From Candidatus Woesearchaeota archaeon (GTDB lineage Archaea > Nanobdellota > Nanobdellia > Pacearchaeales > GW2011-AR1): 58,932 nucleotides of DNA. The notes beneath the pieces were generated by a model, which saw only the letters and a program-made list of their open reading frames with translations, did no database searches and was not told the origin of the DNA. Position numbers and translations under genes: made by a program. This document shows positions 35,957 to 45,000 of the stretch, piece by piece (the stretch's first letter is position 1; every line of letters starts with the position of its first letter). The DNA lies in contig CAZDCI010000002.1 of assembly GCA_964503975.1 (NCBI GenBank), positions 1 to 58,932 on the forward strand, in the 5' to 3' direction.

Positions 35957-37771
35957 ATGGCAAAAAAAGGTGATTATACTATCAGCGATATTTATCAGGG
36001 TGGGTATTCAAGTTTAAAGCCAAATTACACGGGCCCAAGTTACGGGGGAAAACATGTTTCTGCAGGAAGTTTAGCTCTCTCCACCGATCCAAGAACTGCA
36101 AACATACTGAAAGAAACCTCAGATAAGCTTTCCACAGGAGTTAAACAAATAGATATCACTGCAGTTTCTCCGGAAGTTTTTGATTCTATGCCAAAACAAC
36201 ATCTAAAAGAGGTGGACAGACTTTCAAAGCTGACAGGAGTAGACATTTCTATGCACGGCCCTGTAATGGACGTTGCAGGATTTACGAAGCAAGGAAGATT
36301 TGAAGATATGGAAAGGGAAAATGCAGAAAGAAAAGTTATGGATGCCTTACTCAGAGCCAAAGAACTCAAACCTGATGGAAACATTCCAGTTAATTTCCAC
36401 ACTTCAGAAGGAATTCCCGGAAGCCAATTTTTGCCTCCTGAAGAAAGAGAGAAGCTGAAAAAAGAAGGAAAAGACACAAAATACAAAAAGCTTTTGGTAG
36501 TCAACCGTGACTCAGGGCAAATTGCTCCTTTGAAGAAAGAAGAGAGATATTATCCCGGAACAGATTTAAAAAAAGCAGAGATAAGAGCTCCTGAAGAAGA
36601 AAGAAGCGTGTTGAATGAAAGTGAATGGCATAACAAAATAGATCAAATTGTTTTTAATAAAGAAAGGGCGGATGAGATTATCAAAAAAAGTGAACCTTTG
36701 CTCAGACGTTTTTACGAAGACGAAGACTTGAAGAAAAAAGTGGAATCAGGGGACTATAAGTATCTTTCACCACCCCAAAAAGAAGCCTTCAGAAGACTTC
36801 AGGTTATTAATAGCTATCTTCAAGATATTCATAAACAGGCAAATAATTTCTTTAGTGCAGCGTATAAGTATGGAACGTCTGAACAAAGAAATCAACTTGA
36901 AAAAGTCAACCAGGAATTTAAATCTAAAATAGAGAAAGATAAAACCCCATGGGCTCTGGCAGAAGCAATGGCTGATCTCGTTCAGGATTTAAAGAAAAAA
37001 AGCATGACTCCAGAAATGTGGGTTCCTTTAGAAGAATACACAAAAGGAAGAACAGCTGAAACTTTCGGAAATGCCGCTTTCCAAACATATAAAAAACTTA
37101 AAGGAAAAAACGTTCCTATTTTGAATATTGAAAATCCTCCTGCAACTCATGCTTTAAGCACAGGAGAAGATGTCAGAAATATTGTTGAGGAGTCGAGGAA
37201 AAAATTCGTTGATAATGCTATAAAAGAAGGAATGTCCAAAAGCAAAGCAAAAAAAGAGGCTGAAAAACTTATTGGCGCAACATGGGATGTAGGACACATA
37301 AATATGCTCAGGAAGTATGGTTACAAAGAAGAAGACATTGTTAAAGAATCAGAGAAAGTTAAAGATGTTTTGAAGATGGTTCATCTTTCAGATAATTTTG
37401 GATTTGAACATACTGAGTTGCCTATGGGAATGGGAAACGTTCCTATGAAGGAAATAATGGAAAATCTCGGGAAAAAAGGATTTGAAGCTAAAAAAATAAT
37501 TGAGGCAGGGCATTGGTGGCAACACTTTCAATCACCACCTTTCCAGCAAGTTCTTGAAGCTTCAGGTTCTCCTATTTACGGAATGAAAATGGCTCCTTAC
37601 TGGAATCAAACAAATCAATTACAAGAAGGTTATTTTGGCGGCTACGGACAAATGCTTCCTCAGACAAACTATGAAACTTTTGGCGCAGGATTTTCACAGT
37701 TGCCTCAAGAGCTTGGAGGCCAACGCCCGGGAGCTCAAGGCTCGAGAATGTCAGGAAGACAGATGGAGTGA
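35957..37771 (+). CDS. Hypothetical protein with xylose-isomerase-like / AP-endonuclease-2 TIM-barrel signatures split by a long insertion
   Basis: ISMHGP and NFHTSEG lie near the N-terminus, and WDVGHINM ... VHLSDNFGFEHTELPMGMGNVP near the C-terminus. About 250 helical residues lie between them. Confidence 0.55.
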   Translation: MAKKGDYTISDIYQGGYSSLKPNYTGPSYGGKHVSAGSLALSTDPRTANILKETSDKLSTGVKQIDITAVSPEVFDSMPKQHLKEVDRLSKLTGVDISMHGPVMDVAGFTKQGRFEDMERENAERKVMDALLRAKELKPDGNIPVNFHTSEGIPGSQFLPPEEREKLKKEGKDTKYKKLLVVNRDSGQIAPLKKEERYYPGTDLKKAEIRAPEEERSVLNESEWHNKIDQIVFNKERADEIIKKSEPLLRRFYEDEDLKKKVESGDYKYLSPPQKEAFRRLQVINSYLQDIHKQANNFFSAAYKYGTSEQRNQLEKVNQEFKSKIEKDKTPWALAEAMADLVQDLKKKSMTPEMWVPLEEYTKGRTAETFGNAAFQTYKKLKGKNVPILNIENPPATHALSTGEDVRNIVEESRKKFVDNAIKEGMSKSKAKKEAEKLIGATWDVGHINMLRKYGYKEEDIVKESEKVKDVLKMVHLSDNFGFEHTELPMGMGNVPMKEIMENLGKKGFEAKKIIEAGHWWQHFQSPPFQQVLEASGSPIYGMKMAPYWNQTNQLQEGYFGGYGQMLPQTNYETFGAGFSQLPQELGGQRPGAQGSRMSGRQME

Positions 37772-38128
37772 TTTCAAGGGATTAGAAATTTAAACAAATA
37801 AAAAGAATTAAAAACTATATACTCTAAAATATATAATAAGATACAAAAGAGGTTAAATGGAGAGACAAAGTTTTTGGGGAAGATATAAAGAAAGGAGACT
37901 CTGGATAATAGGGATATTAATAATATTGGCTTTAGCTTTAAGAGGTTTTGGAGTAATCTAATATAGGTTCGTTAAGAATCCTATCATATCTCCTTAGCTT
38001 CGGAGTCATAGCCTTTATAGGGCTTAAGGCCTTAAATACTGCATGTTTTAATGCGGGGGACATAAGCTTATCCCTCCTTGCATTAATTTTTTCAGTATCA
38101 GTAGAAATAACTTCAATAAAAGAATAAG

Positions 38129-38257
38129 ATGGCAAAGAAAAAATCTAAGAAAAAAAGCAAAGGTTTAGAAATTTTAAAATGGATTACATTAGGATTAGGA
38201 ATTATAGCAATAATACTTTTGATCATTGCAATATTAAATAATACAGGGTTAATATGA
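38129..38257 (+). CDS. Possible 42-aa membrane peptide
   Basis: MAKKKSKKKSKG plus one TM helix. Its first 26 nt are identical to the start of the 38440 gene. Confidence 0.35.
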   Translation: MAKKKSKKKSKGLEILKWITLGLGIIAIILLIIAILNNTGLI

Positions 38258-38260
38258 TAA

Positions 38261-38434
38261 ATGGTGAGAGATTTGGTTATAGATTGGATAATAAACCTAG
38301 TGAATTTGTTAATATACATCATGATTTTTATGAAAGCTTTGGGTACTCCTTTTTTCAACACTTTCGATTTATCGGCGGCTTTGGTTGGAATAAGTGCTGG
38401 TGTTTTATGGCTTTTCGTAAAAGTGATTAAATAA
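38261..38434 (+). CDS. Possible 57-aa two-TM membrane protein
   Basis: MVRDLVIDWIINLVNLLIYIMIF...LSAALVGISAGVLWLFVKVIK. The antisense ORF-track ORFs here look spurious. Confidence 0.35.
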   Translation: MVRDLVIDWIINLVNLLIYIMIFMKALGTPFFNTFDLSAALVGISAGVLWLFVKVIK

Positions 38435-38439
38435 TAAAA

Positions 38440-39360
38440 ATGGCAAAGAAAAAATCTAAGAAAAAGAAAAGTAAGGGTTCTTCAAAGAAATCCAAAGACA
38501 AAAAATCCAAATCTAAAAAGAACAAAAAATCTAAGAAGATTAAATCAAAAAAATCTAAGAAAAACGTGAAAGATTACCCTACACTTAAGTTCAAAAAAGA
38601 GAAAGACATAGCAATGGATTTTGCGACTAAAGCATACCAAAGGTTTGACAAGATGCTTAAATCTGTGGTTCTTTTCGGCTCTACGGCAAAAAATACCGAT
38701 GTTTCTGGTTCTGACATAGATATTGTTTTGATTATTGACGATGTGACAGTTAAGTGGAATCAAGAGTTAATAGCCTGGTATAGGACAGAGCTTGAAAAAC
38801 TGATTAAATCAAATCCGTATCAAAAAAGCCTTCACATAAACACCGTCAAGTTGAGTACATGGTGGGAAGATTTGATGAGGGGAGACCCTGTAGTGATTAA
38901 TATTTTGAGATACGGCGAGGCGATGATTGACCTTGCAGGATTTTTTGAGCCGTTGAAAATGCTTCTCATTGAAGGAAAAATAAAAGCCACACCCGAAGCT
39001 ATTTACTCTGCACTTCAGAGAGCTCCTCAGCACATAGTGCGAAGCAAGGTGGCTGAACTAAGTTCAATAGAGGGTGTTTACTGGAGTATGGTTGATTCTG
39101 CACACGCTGCTTTAATTGCTGCAAACGTTCCTCCCGCATCTCCTGAACACATTCCGATAGACTTGAAACAAACCTTTGTTGACAATAAAATGCTCAAAAT
39201 GAAATACGTTGTCTGGTATAGAGATGTTTTAATGCTCCACAAAAAAATATCACATGGAGAAATCAAAGATATAAAAGGCGTGGAGATAGACGAATGGCAG
39301 GACCGCGCTGAAGAATTCTTAAGTGTTATGGCTCAATTAGTTAAGGATATGGTGGAATAG
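38440..39360 (+). CDS. Pol-beta-superfamily nucleotidyltransferase-domain protein with poly-Lys/Ser N-terminus
   Basis: LFGSTAKNTDVSGSDIDIVLII is the NTase motif. The C-terminal helical region is paralogous to the 45001-46845 product. Confidence 0.7.
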   Translation: MAKKKSKKKKSKGSSKKSKDKKSKSKKNKKSKKIKSKKSKKNVKDYPTLKFKKEKDIAMDFATKAYQRFDKMLKSVVLFGSTAKNTDVSGSDIDIVLIIDDVTVKWNQELIAWYRTELEKLIKSNPYQKSLHINTVKLSTWWEDLMRGDPVVINILRYGEAMIDLAGFFEPLKMLLIEGKIKATPEAIYSALQRAPQHIVRSKVAELSSIEGVYWSMVDSAHAALIAANVPPASPEHIPIDLKQTFVDNKMLKMKYVVWYRDVLMLHKKISHGEIKDIKGVEIDEWQDRAEEFLSVMAQLVKDMVE

Positions 39361-39369
39361 TTTTGAAAA

Positions 39370-39786
39370 TTATCTTATGTCAATTCCCATTCTTTCCAAA
39401 TCACACGCATTAAAGGCTTTTCTTAGCTGAAATATATTTAACCTTTCAGGATGGAAAGCGAAATTGCTTTGCCCTTTACCCACAATTACATAGGTATCCA
39501 CTCCCGCATTTTCATAAAGTCTAGCTAACTCTCCAAGTTCTAAACCATCTCCGTCAGAATCATAACATTCAACAACATCTTCCTGAAGTCTTTTGTAAAT
39601 TCTTTCTCCCCTTTCTATTTGTTCGGTTCTTTCTCTCCAAACATCGTCCCACTGTGTGATGTTTTTTGTGCCTAAACTGAAGCTTCCTGCACAGTAAACC
39701 AATCCAACACCTAAGGGCAGGATGTAAGTCAAAGGCTCTTTTAACAGCTTTTTCAACTTGCTTGGTTTATGCTCTTTAAGTCTCAT
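39370..39786 (-). CDS. Hypothetical membrane-anchored protein with EF-hand/dockerin-like DSDGDG loop
   Basis: One N-terminal TM helix and a DSDGDGLELGEL loop. Confidence 0.45.
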   Translation of the reverse strand: MRLKEHKPSKLKKLLKEPLTYILPLGVGLVYCAGSFSLGTKNITQWDDVWRERTEQIERGERIYKRLQEDVVECYDSDGDGLELGELARLYENAGVDTYVIVGKGQSNFAFHPERLNIFQLRKAFNACDLERMGIDIR

Positions 39787-39804
39787 TTTAGAAACCGAAA
39801 AAAA

Positions 39805-40401
39805 TTACTCTTCTTTGGGTTTTAAGATTTGTTCAAGTCCACCACTAATAGCAGATGCTTGTCTATCATAAGCTTTTGAAAGACCCTTGCTATCGGAGTG
39901 TTTCATGTAAGCACCTATTAATTTTTGAATTTGTTTCTTTTCTTCTTCAGATCCTGATCTTAGAACTTCGTATACATATTCATCATTAATTTCCCCTAAA
40001 TCAACCCCACTACCAATTAATCGGACAATATCTCCGACCTTAACATATGTAAGAGAGTTCTGTATTACTCTTGAAGATGCTTTAAGGACGTCTCTTCCTG
40101 TTATGGATTCACTATATCTTCCTTCGCTTTTTGCGACAGCATCTGCAAAAGCCATGCCAAGAACATTTCTTTCATTTCCATCAGGACTATAAAAGTTAAC
40201 ATCTCCTGAAGTTACTGAAGGAAGGTATAGATTTTGATGAGAAACACCTTTGCTGCTTGGACCATATTGATCTTCAGATTCAACTCGGTCGGCAACTGCT
40301 AAATATCTCAAATCTTCAAATCCAGAATCTTCTAAATTCATTAAAGCATATTCTCTATGTCTTTCTCTTTCTTCAGGTGTTGGTTGTTCTTTGTTTGTCA
40401 T
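39805..40401 (-). CDS. Hypothetical protein
   Basis: 198-aa ORF with no recognised motif. Confidence 0.45.
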   Translation of the reverse strand: MTNKEQPTPEERERHREYALMNLEDSGFEDLRYLAVADRVESEDQYGPSSKGVSHQNLYLPSVTSGDVNFYSPDGNERNVLGMAFADAVAKSEGRYSESITGRDVLKASSRVIQNSLTYVKVGDIVRLIGSGVDLGEINDEYVYEVLRSGSEEEKKQIQKLIGAYMKHSDSKGLSKAYDRQASAISGGLEQILKPKEE

Positions 40402-40504
40402 TTTAACTTACAAAACACACGCATAAGGGGTTTATAAATCTTTCTATTAATAGTAATTTGTAAGTAGTAACAATATAAGAGCGCTTGGAGTTTGTCAGAT
40501 TGGT

Positions 40505-41047
40505 TTATTTTTCCCCTGGACGTTTATGGACTGTTTTGTATTTTCCCGGAAGCTTGGATTTTATCTGTTTCAGGATTTTTCTTGCGTAAGTAACCGCCTT
40601 TTCATTTGCCAAAGCAATCATGAATATCTTATTTCCTTTATTCACAATAGCTGCTTTTCCCGAAGATTTTCCGTATGAAAGCTGCATCCCTGACTGCATC
40701 CTGTCAGCTCCTGCACCCGTAAGCATTTTATTTTCTCTCTGAACATGATGAGGGAAAGTTATGACTTTAAAAAAGTATTGTCCTGATAAAGGTTTGTCAA
40801 GTTTTTTGTTAACAAATTGTCTGCAAGCTTCCAAAGCATTATGACGTATCTGGACTTTTTCCTGAGCAACAAGAATAAGGTGGTGGGGTAGTTTGCCTTT
40901 TTTGTAAAGCTCTTTGTCTCCCATTGTAAATTTCACAATCTTTTGTTGCGGAATTGTCTTTATGTAAGACTTCCCTTTTTTCTTGCTTACACGTGTGTAA
41001 GGAACCACGCGCTTTTTTGAATAAGATGATGCTTTTCTTAATGCCAT
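40505..41047 (-). CDS. rpl10e: 50S ribosomal protein uL16 (L10e)
   Basis: The N-terminus MALRKASSYSKKRVVPYTRVS and overall pattern are typical of archaeal L10e. Confidence 0.9.
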   Translation of the reverse strand: MALRKASSYSKKRVVPYTRVSKKKGKSYIKTIPQQKIVKFTMGDKELYKKGKLPHHLILVAQEKVQIRHNALEACRQFVNKKLDKPLSGQYFFKVITFPHHVQRENKMLTGAGADRMQSGMQLSYGKSSGKAAIVNKGNKIFMIALANEKAVTYARKILKQIKSKLPGKYKTVHKRPGEK

Positions 41048-41117
41048 TTTGATGTTTTAGTATTATTTAATTTCCTTATGTCTGTTTTTTGAATTATTGT
41101 ATTTAATGCCATCTTAT

Positions 41118-41366
41118 TTATTGGGTTGGTTTTTCATTGGTACTTGCAACATATACAAACCTGCCTTTTGTTTCCAAAGATTTTAGCTTCTTTCTTAATT
41201 CGCTTAAGACCAATCTCTTATATACTGTGGGTGGTTTTCCCTCAATATCATCTACCCTCACATTATAGGTTCCTTCTTCTAGTTGAGAAACAGGAACCAC
41301 TTCTCCATCTTCATTGCCTTCTTTAGTTATTTTATCTATTAAAATTACTTTTCTTTCAAGTACCAT
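41118..41366 (-). CDS. Hypothetical protein
   Basis: 82-aa ORF directly downstream of the eL33 gene. Confidence 0.45.
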   Translation of the reverse strand: MVLERKVILIDKITKEGNEDGEVVPVSQLEEGTYNVRVDDIEGKPPTVYKRLVLSELRKKLKSLETKGRFVYVASTNEKPTQ

Positions 41367-41367
41367 T

Positions 41368-41637
41368 TTATTTTTCTTTCACCTCAACTTTATCTGTAAT
41401 TGCCTGTCCGGGCAAACCTTTTTCGAAAATCGCGCGGACAACTCCTTTATTTCCATGAACGCCTGAAATTTTCCCTTTTATCACTTTCGACCTCTTCCCG
41501 GGACTTTCCCATTCAACGCTCTTTCCTACAAACTTTTCAGCATCTTTCCTGTTCTTCACTCCTGGAACTTCAATTAAATAATGCTTCTCTTTAACAGTAT
41601 GTCTTCCGCGACGGAAGTTAAGTATTTTCGCTTCCAT
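41368..41637 (-). CDS. rpl35ae: 50S ribosomal protein eL33 (L35Ae)
   Basis: MEAKILNFRRGRHTVKEKHYLIEVPGV... is L35Ae-like. The longer ORF-track version would overlap the ABC permease gene. Confidence 0.8.
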   Translation of the reverse strand: MEAKILNFRRGRHTVKEKHYLIEVPGVKNRKDAEKFVGKSVEWESPGKRSKVIKGKISGVHGNKGVVRAIFEKGLPGQAITDKVEVKEK

Positions 41638-41689
41638 AATAATTATCAAGAAATTTGATTTATAAAACTTCTCCTCTTGAAAACAGTCT

Positions 41690-42439
41690 TCATTTTCCAG
41701 CCCAATGAACAACTTTTTTTTCAGTAATCTGAACTCCTTGGTTAATGACATACCCAATTACTCCTGTTAAAATAATAGCGGCATACATTTCAGGAATTTC
41801 GTATAAGAGTTGAGAATCTATTATGATTTTTCCCAGGCCTGTTTTTGTTCCAATAAGCATTTCGGTTACAATTATCAAAACTAAAGACAAAGATATAGCC
41901 ACCCTCAAACCTGTGAATATCCATGGTAATGTATCAGGAAGAATTATTTTTCTGAAAAGAGTAAGCCTATCTGCTTTGAAAACTTTTGCCGTTTTTATCC
42001 TTAGACTTTTTATATTTCTTGCCCCATACATAGTATTGATAACAATTATAAGTGATGCGGCAAAAACAACCACTGCGACCTTAGATTTATTTCCTATACC
42101 AAAAAACAATAAAAATAGAGGAAGTAAGGCTGTTGCAGGAACACTTCTAAAGAAATCAATTATAAATTCCGCATAATTATATATTTTTTCATAATATCCA
42201 ACAATCAAACCCAAAGGAATTCCTATAACTATAGCCATCAAGTAGCCAGTAAATGTTCTACCAAGAGTTGCAAAAACATGCGGAAAAATGCTTCCGTTAA
42301 GGATAAACTCTATTATTCTAGAAAAAACAATGCTTGGAGAAGGGAGCAGTAAAGGGTTTACAATGCTGAAAAAACTTATAAAATACCAAACTAAAATAAG
42401 AATTAAAGGAACGAGAAACAAAGAATATAATCTTTTCAT
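41690..42439 (-). CDS. ABC transporter permease (NitT/TauT family)
   Basis: Six TM segments with a BPD-type permease pattern. In an operon with the ATPase and NMT1-like binding protein. Confidence 0.8.
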   Translation of the reverse strand: MKRLYSLFLVPLILILVWYFISFFSIVNPLLLPSPSIVFSRIIEFILNGSIFPHVFATLGRTFTGYLMAIVIGIPLGLIVGYYEKIYNYAEFIIDFFRSVPATALLPLFLLFFGIGNKSKVAVVVFAASLIIVINTMYGARNIKSLRIKTAKVFKADRLTLFRKIILPDTLPWIFTGLRVAISLSLVLIIVTEMLIGTKTGLGKIIIDSQLLYEIPEMYAAIILTGVIGYVINQGVQITEKKVVHWAGK

Positions 42440-43188
42440 TTTAAACCTTCATCAAAATACTTTAAGACGTCATTTCTTAAACTAAAGAAATTTTTTCCTT
42501 TTAACATATCTAGATTTCTTGGTCTTGGAAGATTTATTTTTACTTCTCCGATTATTTTGCATGGTCTTTTTGATAAAATAACCACTCTATCGGCTAGAAA
42601 AACAGCCTCGTCAACCGAATGAGAAACAAACAAAGTAGTTTTTTTAGTAGCGTTCCAAACCTTCAAAAACTCAAGCCATATTTTTCTTGTGGTTTGATAA
42701 TCTAATGAGGAAAAAGGCTCGTCAAGAATGAAAAAATCGGGATCATATGCAATAGCTCTAGCAATAGCTGTTAATTGATTAAGTCCCCCAGAAAGCTGGT
42801 AAGGATAATGATTTTTATATTCTTTAAGGTGAAGTTTTTTTAAAACATCATTTACAATCTTCTCTTTTTTCTTAGCCTGAACCTTTTCAACTTCTAATCC
42901 AAAGCCAACATTTTTTGACACTGTTCTCCAGGGAAGAAGAGATTCCGAATAATTCTGAAAGACAAATCCCATCTTTCTTCTTTCTGGTTTGATCCTTATC
43001 TTACCCTTATCGGGCTTGTAGATATTTGTTATGAGATATAGAAGAGTTGTCTTGCCACAACCATTTGGTCCAAAAAAAGCTACAAACTCGTCCTCTTTTA
43101 TATCAAGATTCAAGTTATCAATAACTCTGATAGTTTCGCCTTTTTTATGAAAATTCTTTACAAGATTCTTTATATTTATTTGAGACAT
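42436..43188 (-). CDS. ABC transporter ATP-binding protein (NitT/TauT family)
   Basis: Walker A GPNGCGKTT, signature LSGGLNQ and Walker B FFILDEPFSSLD. Confidence 0.9.
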   Translation of the reverse strand: MSQINIKNLVKNFHKKGETIRVIDNLNLDIKEDEFVAFFGPNGCGKTTLLYLITNIYKPDKGKIRIKPERRKMGFVFQNYSESLLPWRTVSKNVGFGLEVEKVQAKKKEKIVNDVLKKLHLKEYKNHYPYQLSGGLNQLTAIARAIAYDPDFFILDEPFSSLDYQTTRKIWLEFLKVWNATKKTTLFVSHSVDEAVFLADRVVILSKRPCKIIGEVKINLPRPRNLDMLKGKNFFSLRNDVLKYFDEGLK

Positions 43189-43194
43189 GGGAAT

Positions 43195-44196
43195 TTACTC
43201 CTGGATTTTATATATCATATCCCCCACATCAACTTCCGTCTTGATTAAGCCTAATTGAAATACCAAATCAGCAAAAGCCTGAACTTCCCCTTTAGCATTT
43301 GTTTCACTGTTTTTCCAATAATTATAAAGTTTACTTTTCATAGCGATTTCTTCAGATAATGAAGTATATTGTATCAGAATTTTTCTTGCTTCATCAGGGT
43401 TTTCCTTAATAAAATCTACCGCATTATCCATTGCCAGAACATATCTTTTAGACACCCCGGGATTTTCTACTATGAATTTAGAAGATAAAGTGCTAGCAGA
43501 AGCAGGGTAAGGATTTAAAACATATTTTGGCCTTGGGCCTTTGACTAAAATTTTCCCTGTATTTTTTTCAAGAATAATTGTCGCGTAGGGTTCCCAGATG
43601 AAAACAGCGTCGGAACTTCCCTCTATAAATGTAGAAGGAACCAAAGAATATTTCACCTGGATAAGGTTTACATCATCTAAAGTCAGCCCTATTCTGCCTA
43701 AAAAAGTTTCTGTAATGGCTCTTCCTGCTAATCCAGGCCCTGTAACAAGTGTTTTTCCTTTTAAATTTTTAGGTTCTGATATCTCAGACAGGTTTTTAAC
43801 TATAACAAAACTCGCAAAATTTTCTGTTGTTTCACCATTAGAATCAATTACTTCCATCTGATTCGGAAATTTTTCTTCTATAGCAAAAAGTGTGTTAAAT
43901 GCGACACTTCCGGACCCTTCAAGTTCTCCCTTTATAATGGAATCCATGATTAAGTTGCTGGATTCAAACTTAACCAGCTCTACTTCTATATCTTGGGAAT
44001 CAAAATAGCCTTTTTCTTTGGCTACAAAAAGGGGTAAGGATGCTGTTATGGGAAGATATCCTATGTGCACCTCATTGACTCTATTTTCTCGCACGGCTTC
44101 TCCAGTTCCTCCGGAATCTAAAATAAAAGGAACTGTTACAAGTGCGACTAAAAAAATAAATGTTATTGACAAAGCATATTTTTTCTTTTTATCCAT
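43195..44196 (-). CDS. ABC transporter substrate-binding protein (NMT1/THI5-like)
   Basis: N-terminal anchor, then the IGYLPITASLPLFVAKEKGYF pattern of the SsuA/NMT1 family. Confidence 0.75.
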   Translation of the reverse strand: MDKKKKYALSITFIFLVALVTVPFILDSGGTGEAVRENRVNEVHIGYLPITASLPLFVAKEKGYFDSQDIEVELVKFESSNLIMDSIIKGELEGSGSVAFNTLFAIEEKFPNQMEVIDSNGETTENFASFVIVKNLSEISEPKNLKGKTLVTGPGLAGRAITETFLGRIGLTLDDVNLIQVKYSLVPSTFIEGSSDAVFIWEPYATIILEKNTGKILVKGPRPKYVLNPYPASASTLSSKFIVENPGVSKRYVLAMDNAVDFIKENPDEARKILIQYTSLSEEIAMKSKLYNYWKNSETNAKGEVQAFADLVFQLGLIKTEVDVGDMIYKIQE

Positions 44197-44261
44197 GAAA
44201 ATTTTTTGAAATCGAAGTTTTTATAAATATGTAGTCATACTATATGACAACATAAAACACA

Positions 44262-44999
44262 ATGGAAAATGAGTTATTAAAATTTGGATTGACCAAAACA
44301 GAAGTAAGCGTTTATTTAGCTCTTTTAAAGACGGGCTCAACATCTTCAGGTTTAATCATTAAAAAAACAGAGTTGCATAGAGCTACTGTTTATGACGCAC
44401 TGAAAAGGCTTATGGAAAAAGGACTTGTGAATTATATTATTAAAGGTAAAACAAAATACTTTGAAGCGGTGGACCCTTCTTATTTTCAAGACTTAATAGA
44501 GCGCAAACAGTCAGAATTAGATAAGCTCAAGGCAAAAACCAAAGATGTCATTAAAGAAATGAATGAAATAAAAAAAGTTGCAGGAAAAAAGCAAGAAGCT
44601 CACATTTATTATGGTGTTGGTGGAGCAAAAACTGTTTTAGAAGACGTATTAAAACACAAATCTTATGACACTTTTAGCTCTAGAGGCGGAAGGCTCGGCG
44701 AGGTTATGGGTTCTTTTTATAAGTTTTTCCAAAAAAGAAAAAAGCAATTAAAGATAAAGCACAGAATGATAGTGAATAAGTCTTTGAAGGGCACAGAATA
44801 CATTAATAGTGTTTATGCTGAAAAAAAGTTTCTTCCAGAAAAAACAATTTCTCCTTATACAACAACCTTTATCTATGGAGAAAAGTTAGCCATATTTATA
44901 TGGCTAGAGCAGCCAATTATATTTGTAATAGAAAGTAAAGAATTGGCAGAAAGTTATAAGCTTTATTTTGAATTTCTTTGGGAAATCGCGGAAAGATAA
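44262..44999 (+). CDS. TrmB-family transcriptional regulator
   Basis: Winged-helix N-terminus LTKTEVSVYLALLKTGSTSSGLIIKKTELHRATVYDALKRLMEKGLV. Paralog of the 53617-54336 gene. Confidence 0.8.
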   Translation: MENELLKFGLTKTEVSVYLALLKTGSTSSGLIIKKTELHRATVYDALKRLMEKGLVNYIIKGKTKYFEAVDPSYFQDLIERKQSELDKLKAKTKDVIKEMNEIKKVAGKKQEAHIYYGVGGAKTVLEDVLKHKSYDTFSSRGGRLGEVMGSFYKFFQKRKKQLKIKHRMIVNKSLKGTEYINSVYAEKKFLPEKTISPYTTTFIYGEKLAIFIWLEQPIIFVIESKELAESYKLYFEFLWEIAER

Positions 45000-45000
45000 T

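Noticed and set aside
37938-38361. Two minus-strand ORFs (65 and 82 aa)
   Set aside because: They lie antisense to three short plus-strand ORFs that encode clean TM peptides, and their own translations look like AT-rich noise.
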